Of a stretch of 64,000 nt of DNA, positions 28,823 through 37,700 are shown piece after piece; the stretch's first letter is position 1; each line of letters starts with the position of its first letter. The stretch is from Opitutia bacterium (GTDB taxonomy: Bacteria; Verrucomicrobiota; Verrucomicrobiia; Opitutales; T3Sed10-336), in contig JBJHCF010000021.1 in NCBI GenBank assembly GCA_050506795.1, positions 22,195-86,194 on the forward strand. Direction: 5' to 3'. The notes beneath the pieces are model-generated. The model was not told the origin of the DNA. It searched no databases and saw nothing but the letters and a program-made list of their open reading frames with translations. Made by a program: the position numbers and the translations under genes.

Positions 28823-29432
28823 AAAGAATCATCAAGAGGGACCGCACTGGCACCCCGATTTTCGCGATGCGGCGGCGTTGCCCGACGTCAAGGTGGTTCG
28901 CACTTCGTTCTTCCTCAATGTTACCGCGTGTGTGGTGCTCAGTGCTTTGCTTATCGTTTTTCTTTATAGGGAGTTCGAAACTCGTAGCCTTGTGGAGCAG
29001 GTTGCTTCATGGGATGTGCGCATTGCCGAGCGGCAGCCGCAGAATCGGCATGCGCTCGACCTGAATCGGGAGTTTGCCGCGGAAGCGAATCGGGTCACCG
29101 CGCTCGAGGAGTTCCTCGAAGTGCCGACCGGTGTTTCCAATCTCCTTGCCCAGTTGGCTAAAACGATGCCCGACCGGATTGTTTTTTCCAGAATCAACTA
29201 TCGCATAGTTGCGTCCGGCGCCGAGTTGGCGCTAACCGGACGGGTCATCGGCGCTTCAGACGATGCAACGAATATCGTCTCCGAGTACGAGCGATTCTTT
29301 TCCGAGGACCCTTATTTTTCCCAAAGGGTAAGCGGCGTCAACGTGAGGTCCGTTACGCGTAATCCAGAAACAAATACGCTCTCATTTGATTTTCTTTTGT
29401 CTCTAGTTCGCCCCGAGGAGGAAGCGAGTTAA
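28809..29432 (+). CDS. PilN-like protein
   Basis: TM, coiled coil, LAQLAKTMPDRI..LTG; operon position. Confidence 0.7.
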   Translation: MKRNRKNHQEGPHWHPDFRDAAALPDVKVVRTSFFLNVTACVVLSALLIVFLYREFETRSLVEQVASWDVRIAERQPQNRHALDLNREFAAEANRVTALEEFLEVPTGVSNLLAQLAKTMPDRIVFSRINYRIVASGAELALTGRVIGASDDATNIVSEYERFFSEDPYFSQRVSGVNVRSVTRNPETNTLSFDFLLSLVRPEEEAS

Positions 29433-29436
29433 TTCG

Positions 29437-29997
29437 ATGAATATCAGCACCATCATAGCCCGGTTTCGCCAATATCCGACCCTGTTTGTTTGCGGCTTAT
29501 GCTCGATTGTAATCATCCTGGCCATAGTGGTTCGCGGGTCGGGGCTTTCCGATGTCCGAACCGAACTTCAGCAGATGGAGCGTGAAGGGGCGCGCATCGA
29601 TGAGAATATTAAAAACGCGGTCGACCTTGAGCAGCATTTGGCGGCTCTTGGAGAATTGACCGATGAACTGTCGGTGCGGCTGGTTAACCCGGCCGAGTTG
29701 GCACGGAACCTCCAATACTTCTACCGGCTGGAGAGTGAAAGCGCGGTCAGTATCACCGATCTTACCCAAAGAGGAACGCCTTCGCCGCCGACGGAAGGCG
29801 AGCCACCGGAATATGTTCCCGTACGGTATGATATCGCGGTGGAGGGGTACTATCCAAACGTGCTGGAGTTTATTCATCGGGTGGAAAGCGGACGCCATTT
29901 CGCCCGGTTCACTCAAATGGAAATCGTTCGTGCCCAGCGGACGGATTCTTCCGCCGTACGTTTGGCGATTAACCTGGAGTTGCTTGGACGCCCATGA
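29437..29997 (+). CDS. PilO/GspM-like protein
   Basis: TM, coiled coil, VEGYYPNVLEFIHRVE; operon position. Confidence 0.7.
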   Translation: MNISTIIARFRQYPTLFVCGLCSIVIILAIVVRGSGLSDVRTELQQMEREGARIDENIKNAVDLEQHLAALGELTDELSVRLVNPAELARNLQYFYRLESESAVSITDLTQRGTPSPPTEGEPPEYVPVRYDIAVEGYYPNVLEFIHRVESGRHFARFTQMEIVRAQRTDSSAVRLAINLELLGRP

Positions 29998-30443
29998 ATA
30001 AAAAGCGCATATTGATTATTCTGGTTGCCGCGGTTTTCTTCGCGCTCAGCGATCAGACATTGCAGGCCCAGGTGCGAACTCCCGAAGACCGCCTTAATGT
30101 AATCAGTAAGGCCAGGTCCCTTGTGTACCCAGAGTCGAGGACACTGGAGGAGATGACTGAAGGGATGGTGGCACATCCGTTTTACCCGAGAGCGGACACG
30201 GTAGTGGCTCCCGGGGAAACGACCCGGAGCATTCTTGCCCAAATTGCGTCAGGAATCTCCGTCGACGGATCCATTCAAATGGGTGGAGTTAGATATTTAC
30301 TACTGCAGGGCCGTCGGGTCGGCCCCGGTGACTATTTGCCCGTTCAACATGAAGGGCGAACCTACCAGGTGAGGATCGAGGCTGTTACAGCCTCGTCCTA
30401 TAAGTTGCGGCTAAATGATGAGGAGATTGAGAACAACCTTTGA
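29994..30443 (+). CDS. PilP/GspC-like protein
   Basis: Signal/TM, HPF motif, beta-rich C-terminus; between the PilO-like gene and the secretin. Confidence 0.55.
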   Translation: MNKKRILIILVAAVFFALSDQTLQAQVRTPEDRLNVISKARSLVYPESRTLEEMTEGMVAHPFYPRADTVVAPGETTRSILAQIASGISVDGSIQMGGVRYLLLQGRRVGPGDYLPVQHEGRTYQVRIEAVTASSYKLRLNDEEIENNL

Positions 30444-30453
30444 TCCAGATATT

Positions 30454-32832
30454 ATGAAAACAAAGACCCCCTTACAACTGGTGCTTTTAGTATTTGCCTG
30501 CACCGTGGCAACATTCCCGCTGAATAGTGAGGAAGCGGATCGGGCGGAGCCTATCTCCGTCGATTCTGTCGTGGGGAGCGTTGCCGAAGCTCCGCCGGAC
30601 GCCGAGGTATTTGAAGTTGTTACCGCGGCAGTATCCGAGCAACCGGAACGTTTCGAGGAGATAGTAGTGGCTTTGCTGGATGAGTATCCGGCATCCGCTC
30701 GTTCCATAGTGCGCAGCGTGGTCGCGGGACTGCCCGACCCAGAGCGTACCGGTGATGTGGTTTACGCCGCGGTGAGAGTTGCTCCTGGGGCGATCGAACC
30801 GATCGTTGACGGCGCTTTGGACGCCGCTCCGGATCGAGGTGAAGCGATCGCGCTGGCGGCGACCAACGCCATGCAGGAGATGCCGGCCGGCGACGATATT
30901 GAGAGCGAAAGCGGAGAAACCCCGGATAGTGAGGAAGGAGACGATCATGAAAGAGACTTGCTCGTAATCGAATCGGAGCCGGAACTTGTCGAGGTGCAGG
31001 ATGAAACGATGGAGACTATTTCGGTGGATTTTCCAGACACGGAGATTCGCACGATTCTAAGGAGTGTCGCCGATCTGTATGAACTGAACCTTGTCATTCC
31101 GGAAGAGCTTGGGGGTCGCGCTTCCATTCGGTTGCGCGATGTCACCTGGCCGCAGGTTTTCGAAATTGTATTGTCCCCGATTGGATACACTTTTCGGGAT
31201 GATGCGGGTATAATCCGAATTATTCGGGATGAGGTCGCTCGTGGTGTGGCGACGGACGACCGCGTGAGGGTTCACGAGGATGGCACCTTGACGGTCAATT
31301 TTGAAAATGTGCCGATAGCCGACATTGTCGCCATGGTTTCCGCGGAAGCGGATCTGAATGTGGTGATCCCGCAGGATTTCATGACGATGGGTTCCGATGC
31401 TACAGCAACCATACGCCTGCGCAACGTTCGCTGGGAACAGGTTTTTGATGTGTCCCTGTCGCAGATTGGTTATGGTTATCTGGATCGAGACGATATCGTA
31501 AGAATCGAGACGCTGAGCCGGATCGAGTCGGTCCCGCCGGCGACCCGCGTTGTGCAGGTAAAGTATCCGTCTGCCACAATCATCGCTGAGTTCGTAAGAA
31601 ATCTATCGGGTGTTCAGCAGGTGCAGGTAGATCCGGGCACCAACGTCTTGATAGTGACTGCAGAGGAAGGGAAGATGCGCGAAATCGAACGCCTTGTGGA
31701 GCGCCTGGACCAACCCACCCAACAGGTGATGATCGAAGCGATGTTCATCGAGGTTTCGGACCGCGACGCCAAAGACCTCGGGGTGCGTTGGGATTCGCTT
31801 GGAGGGTACACGGTCGGTGCCGGAGATCTGCAGCATAGTTTCGATCGTTCGCGCGACAGTGATCGCGTTTCCGGAACGGCGCGCAACCGGACGCAAACGG
31901 TTACCGAAGGTCCCGGAGGGGTTACCTCCACCAGCACCGACACTCGGCAGAGATTCAGCGAGGTGTTGAGTGCCGGCGGAACCGGAAGGCACACTCAGGC
32001 GATTTTTACCGCCGGTGAATTCAATTTGGTGCTGAGTGCTTTGCAGTCCAATACGGATGCTCGATTGGTTTCCAATCCGACGGTGGTTACCATGAACGCC
32101 AAGGAGGCGGAGATCCAGGTGGTGGACCACCTCTACCGGGAAGGCGCTGCCAACGTTCTGGGGACCGGACAGGCGGGCGATCCGGCGCGGACTACCTTCG
32201 ACGAACCGATCAAGTTGGAGAATATGCCGGGAATTATTCTAAAGGTGATACCAACTATCAGCGGCGGTGACCTGATCAACCTGTATGCGCGGCCGGAGAT
32301 TAACAACATTGTTGGAGAGCAGGTTCTCGGCGACGGACCGTTTGCCCAGACGATTCCGACAATCCGGCAGCGATTTGTGGAAACCAATGTCGTGGTGAAA
32401 AGCGGTCAGACTCTGGCCATGAGCGGATTGGCCGATGAGGATTCCAGCAGTATGCAAACCAAGGTTCCGTTGCTGGGAGACATGCCGCTGGTCGGACGAT
32501 TTTTCCGCAGCGATTCCACAGACAGGAACAAAAAGAACCAGATCATATTTATTACGGCCACAATAACGGATCCGGACCGTCATAATTACACGGACTTCAT
32601 CGATGAGCGCGAGATGCTGCAAATGGGATTAAGTCATCGTGACATCCAGGGATCCCAGTATCAGCGAACCGAAGAAGAAGAGCGTTACCTTGAGGAGTTG
32701 GCTCGACGTCGGGCGGATGCGCGTCAGGAGGAGATTCGGCGAATGCTGATGGAATTCGACGATGCCGATCTTGACAACGAAGATGCGCGTTCGGTGAGAA
32801 GCGCCCGGATGGGACCGAGGCAGAGACATTAA
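30454..32832 (+). CDS. Secretin (PilQ/GspD family) with N-terminal helical repeats and two STN-like domains
   Basis: LDQPTQQVMIEA, DLGVRW, SNPTVVT, GIILKVIP, KVPLLGDMPLVGRFFRS, IFITATI. Confidence 0.93.
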   Translation: MKTKTPLQLVLLVFACTVATFPLNSEEADRAEPISVDSVVGSVAEAPPDAEVFEVVTAAVSEQPERFEEIVVALLDEYPASARSIVRSVVAGLPDPERTGDVVYAAVRVAPGAIEPIVDGALDAAPDRGEAIALAATNAMQEMPAGDDIESESGETPDSEEGDDHERDLLVIESEPELVEVQDETMETISVDFPDTEIRTILRSVADLYELNLVIPEELGGRASIRLRDVTWPQVFEIVLSPIGYTFRDDAGIIRIIRDEVARGVATDDRVRVHEDGTLTVNFENVPIADIVAMVSAEADLNVVIPQDFMTMGSDATATIRLRNVRWEQVFDVSLSQIGYGYLDRDDIVRIETLSRIESVPPATRVVQVKYPSATIIAEFVRNLSGVQQVQVDPGTNVLIVTAEEGKMREIERLVERLDQPTQQVMIEAMFIEVSDRDAKDLGVRWDSLGGYTVGAGDLQHSFDRSRDSDRVSGTARNRTQTVTEGPGGVTSTSTDTRQRFSEVLSAGGTGRHTQAIFTAGEFNLVLSALQSNTDARLVSNPTVVTMNAKEAEIQVVDHLYREGAANVLGTGQAGDPARTTFDEPIKLENMPGIILKVIPTISGGDLINLYARPEINNIVGEQVLGDGPFAQTIPTIRQRFVETNVVVKSGQTLAMSGLADEDSSSMQTKVPLLGDMPLVGRFFRSDSTDRNKKNQIIFITATITDPDRHNYTDFIDEREMLQMGLSHRDIQGSQYQRTEEEERYLEELARRRADARQEEIRRMLMEFDDADLDNEDARSVRSARMGPRQRH

Positions 32833-32848
32833 TTGAAGGGATATTGTC

Positions 32849-34705
32849 ATGAAAACCTATTGGATTCCAATTGTCCTTTCTGCAGCGGTCCTCGTTGTGG
32901 CGGGAGTACGTGCGGCCGATGAGTCGTCGCCTGCCCTCGCGGCCACGGAGAACGCCGATCGCTATGCCGCGATAATTGAAGCGGTCGCAGAAAATCCCGA
33001 GATGGCGGTTGAAATCACCGCGGAGCTTACCCGGAATTTTCCGGAGTCGGCCCCTTCCATCGTCGCCAGTGTTATCGAAGGATTGCCCGAATGGGATGAC
33101 TCCACGCTTGAGGCCGTCGTGGCTGCGGCTATCGGATCGGCGCCGGATCGTCAGGCGGAGATTGAAGCGGCTGTAGCCGGACTTCGTGAGCCTTCAGCCG
33201 AGACTATTGAGCCGCCGTCGATCGAGATCATGGAGACTACGGAGCCGGTTGAGGCCGGGGTTGCCGGGAATGTTGAAGATCCTGATTCCGTGAGAACGGC
33301 GGATGAATCATCGGGCGGGGATTACGAAGCCAATGAATCGGAGGACTTGGTAGCGGAAAGCGAAGGAGACGGTGATCCTTCGGAATATGATCCCGAGATA
33401 TTGGGGGATGAGGACGTTCGGATTGACCTGAGCGAGATTGAAAGACCCGAACGTCTCCTTCGTGAGATTGCGGTAATGGAGTCACTTCTAGGAACCTTTC
33501 CCGAACGAGTTCCGGCGACGGTGCGGCGCTCTGTATGGAGAGTTTCGGACGAGGAGTGGTTCTGGAGCGTGATTCTGGTTATGACCGCGATTGAAAATGC
33601 GCCGGAGCAGGAAGACGCAATCGTGTCTGCCGCGATCTCCGCGGCGCCGCATCATGAGGAAGTGATCCTCAGCTATGTTACCGAAGTTCCCGCGGTGGAT
33701 CCCGAGGAGGCAGAAGAAACCTTCCTGGTGGACGATACCGAACTTCCCGCCGCTTTGCTCAGGGAAATCCAGTTGGTGCAATCTTTGCTCAGCACATTCC
33801 CGGATAACGCTCCCGAAGCGGTTCGCCGATCGGTTGGAAGGGTGTCCGACGAGGAGGCGTACTGGAGCGTTGCGATTATCTGGGCTGCGCTGGCGGAGGT
33901 TCCGGAGCAGGAATCGCGGATTATTGAAACCGCCATTGCCGCCGCGCCTCATCACGAGGGTGAAATACGATTGCTGCTGAAGACGGATGAGTTGCCTGAT
34001 CAGGTAATCGTGGCGGAACACGAGGAAGAGGAAGGAGCGGTGGAAGCCGTAGCGCCATTTACCGTCGGCAATGCTGTCGAGTCGATTGAGCTGATCGATA
34101 ATCGTTTGGCAGTGAGATTCGAGGTTTATCCGACCGAGCCTTCACGTGTGCGGCTTGCGGTTCAAAGTCTTGAGTTGAGCATTCGGCCGGAGCGCTATTT
34201 CGATCCTTATCAAGGGCGATATCTGGAGCGAGATATGGCCACAATAACGGGAGACGGTATCGTAGGCCTGGGTTTCCGTGTCTATCCGGCCGATACCGAT
34301 CAAATTGACGGGTTGGCTGCAGTGATGCAGGCATTCTCACGCATGGTTTCCGGAGCGGGAGACTTCGCCGCATCGGTGGCGGCGAGAAGTGATACCGGAT
34401 TGCTCCTGCGCCAGGTCCGAACGGACATTGGAGACGTCTATTTTTATCCATCGAAGCGGAAGTTCCCCGCCCAATTTACGGGTGACTTCGAGGATCGCAC
34501 CTATGCTTTGCGGCTGGGAGGCGCGGTTTCGTTGACCCGGGAGACGGTCCCGGCGATCCGGCACCTTCTCGAGAATCTGCATCGGTACCAGGACGAGTAT
34601 CGCTCCAGGCTCGAGGCACGTGAGCGGCAAATGGAAGAATTTCACGAATTTACCCAAAACCCGAATCGCCAATCCGCGATTGAAGAAGACAAGGAAGAAT
34701 CATGA
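32849..34705 (+). CDS. Exported acidic hypothetical protein with Ala/Pro helical repeats and an internal duplication
   Basis: Signal peptide; two 71-aa segments 100 aa apart; N-domain similar to the secretin N-terminus. Confidence 0.8.
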   Translation: MKTYWIPIVLSAAVLVVAGVRAADESSPALAATENADRYAAIIEAVAENPEMAVEITAELTRNFPESAPSIVASVIEGLPEWDDSTLEAVVAAAIGSAPDRQAEIEAAVAGLREPSAETIEPPSIEIMETTEPVEAGVAGNVEDPDSVRTADESSGGDYEANESEDLVAESEGDGDPSEYDPEILGDEDVRIDLSEIERPERLLREIAVMESLLGTFPERVPATVRRSVWRVSDEEWFWSVILVMTAIENAPEQEDAIVSAAISAAPHHEEVILSYVTEVPAVDPEEAEETFLVDDTELPAALLREIQLVQSLLSTFPDNAPEAVRRSVGRVSDEEAYWSVAIIWAALAEVPEQESRIIETAIAAAPHHEGEIRLLLKTDELPDQVIVAEHEEEEGAVEAVAPFTVGNAVESIELIDNRLAVRFEVYPTEPSRVRLAVQSLELSIRPERYFDPYQGRYLERDMATITGDGIVGLGFRVYPADTDQIDGLAAVMQAFSRMVSGAGDFAASVAARSDTGLLLRQVRTDIGDVYFYPSKRKFPAQFTGDFEDRTYALRLGGAVSLTRETVPAIRHLLENLHRYQDEYRSRLEARERQMEEFHEFTQNPNRQSAIEEDKEES

Positions 34706-37700
34706 CGACAGCAAAAACTCCATCGGGATTCGCCCGACGCTTTCTTAACGCACGGTGGTTGCCGCTGGCTGTTTTGGCGGCGGCTTTGGTGCCGGCATTT
34801 TCGAACGCACAGTCGAACAATCATCCTCCGGGAATGCGGATGATCGTCGAGTCGCCGGATGCGAATTCCGACGTGGCGTTCGATCCTTCCTTCGGCACTT
34901 CGGTACCGATAACCGCCCGGCTGATTGGACCCGAACCGTTTGAGGCCGATGAGGTCCGGTTTAAGATCAACCAGTGGACTTTTGTAGGCGCAGACCTGGA
35001 TCTGGAGAACCGAATCACCATGAACTGGTTTCCTCCCGCCCCCGGCAGATACGAGGTGGTGGCCGAAATCGACGCGGAAGACTACACGGTTTCGTCCGAA
35101 CCGCTGGTGTTTTTCGTCACCGGCGCAGAGATGCATATTCCTTATTCAGGAGCGAGGATTCCCGGCGGGTCCACGGTGGCGGTGCGAGGCGAGGCTTACT
35201 CGCCGCTCGGCGTACCCATAAGTCGGGTCGAATACTATGCAAACGGTGAATCCATAGGGGAAAGCGGACACTACCCTTACACCGTTTTCTGGACCGTACC
35301 CGAGGCGGCGAACATTCAGAATGTGGATTTGACCGCCGAAGTTCACTTTTCCGATGGAACTGACTCCCCATCGACAATTCGGTCGGTTCAGGTCGTTCCG
35401 CGTGCGGGGCAACTGCCGACGGTCGCGGTTGTAGATCCGGCCGATGGCGATACGGTGTCCGTTCCCGAATCGGGTGGTGCTGTGACTATCAAGGCCGAAG
35501 CTGCAGCCCAGGGGGAGGGGACCCTGGAAAACGTGGAATTCTTTGTCAACGGCCGTTCGGTCGGTATCGTTCACGGGCTTCCATTACAAGTTTTCTGGAC
35601 CCCCAGATTCGAGGGCACGTACACCTTGCATGCACTGGCTACCGATGACAAAGGCAACGCGACTTTATCCACGCCGGTTACCGCCACGGTGAGCGGCGAC
35701 CTGCCGCCGGCCCCTCCACCGGGAGTGGATTTTACGACCAGCGTTTCCGGGTGGCGGGGTGAGATCAGTCCGCTGGGTGGCCCGGGAAGCGAAGTCTTCT
35801 CGTTTACGGTGAATGTGGAGAGTTCGGGTGCTCCTTACCCCAGCACGTCCGCCCAGAATAATGCATCCGTTTATCTGATACCGGCGAGCGGGCAAGGGAA
35901 CGGAGACGGGGACGAGCGTTTTCTGGTCGGAAGATTCAATTTCAGCGTCCCCGCGGGCGCTCCCAATGCCAAGACAACCGCGTCCAACCCTTTCAGTTCA
36001 CGAATCAATGCCGCCCGAAACGCGGAAGCGATTTACGGTGCGGGGCTGACCGCCCAGGAGCGGGATGCCAACCGGCCCCCGCCGGGACACTACTACCTCG
36101 AGGTCCGGGTCGATGGGGGGGCGCAGCCCCTGGGAGCGGTTTTCGTTTCCGAAGAACCCGCAGTCGAGGTCACGGCATTACCAAACCTGGCTTTTCAGAA
36201 CGGACAAAACGGCGAGGAACGCGGTCTGGTTTATGCCAGCGGAAATTATCGACCGGGCGAATATGTCCGGGATCTGGCGGTTTCATTCAAAAACATAGGA
36301 AACGCACCGATTAGTGAGGATTACTATATCGAAGTACGTTTGTCTTCGGACACCGTATACGGCAACAGCGACGATTTCCTGCTGACCCGAATTCCCGGTG
36401 TCGCCCTGGATGTCGACGGTCCCCTCGCCGGTTCGGGGCGGGTGACGATCGATTTGCCTGAGGTGAAGATCCCCGGCAATTTCCCGGCCGGCGCTTATTT
36501 TGTCGCCGTCAAGCTGGATTCAATGGATCAGCAGGAAGAATTGAATGTCGCGAACAATGTCCTGGTGGATACCGTGACACCTCAGATCATGATTGATTCG
36601 GAGGATTTCCCGTTCACTCGGCGAATGAGCCAGAGCGCCAACGGAGCGGAAGGTAATGCTATGAGCGACCATCCGGCGGTGAGTGCCGACGGGCGTTATG
36701 TGGCGTTCAACTCAGACTCGAGCAACCTGGTGTCGGGCGACAACAATGGAGTAACTGACGTGTTCGTACGTGACACTGTAACCGGAGCGGTGGTGCGGGT
36801 GAGTGTCGACTCGGACGGCGAGGAATCGGACGGTCCCAGTTACACTCCGGCTATCAGCGCCGACGGCCGTTTTGTGGTTTTTGTCTCCGACGCCACCAAC
36901 CTGGTCGACCAACTGCTGAACGGTCGCAGTGCGGTTTACCTGCATGACCGCGACGCCAACAACACGGGAGTGTTCGACGAGGACGGCGGCGTTTCCACGT
37001 TGCTGGTCAGTGTCAATGATTTCAGCGTCCAGGCCAACCGGGGCGCGTTCAATCCCGCCATCAGCGGTGACGGACGGTTCGTCGCCTTTGAGTCCCGGGC
37101 AACCAATCTCGCGACGGTGCCGTCGGCGGGCTTTAGCCAGGTTTTTGTCCACGACACCCACACGGGAAAGACGGTGCTTGCGAGTAAGGACGAGGATGGA
37201 ATCGCCGGCAATGCCGACAGCTATTCGCCGTCTTTGAGCGCTTACGGGCGGTATGTCGCGTTCAGTTCTTCGGCGGGTAACCTGACAAGCGGTTTGGACA
37301 ACGGCGTCTCCCATATCTACGTGCACGACCGCGACGCCAATGGCAATGGGGTGTGGGATGAAGCCGACGGCATCGCCACCGTTCGCGTGAGTGTGGACGG
37401 CTCGAACCTGCCGGCGGACGCGGGCAGCTTCACCCCTTCGATCAGTGCGGACGGTCGCTTTATCGCCTTTGCGTCGAGCGCCACGAATCTGCCGATAGGC
37501 GGGGTTCCCGGAATCGACAACGGTGTCAGCGACATCTACGTGCATGATCGTCAATCCGGCGAGACATTCGGGGTCAGCGTGCCCGACGCGAATGTGGTTT
37601 CCGGCGACACGGAACCGATGTATCCGGAAGACAAAACCGGTGTGGATGGCCGGTCGCTGGGTAGTCTGCAACCCTCCATCAGCGGGGACGGACGGCTCAT

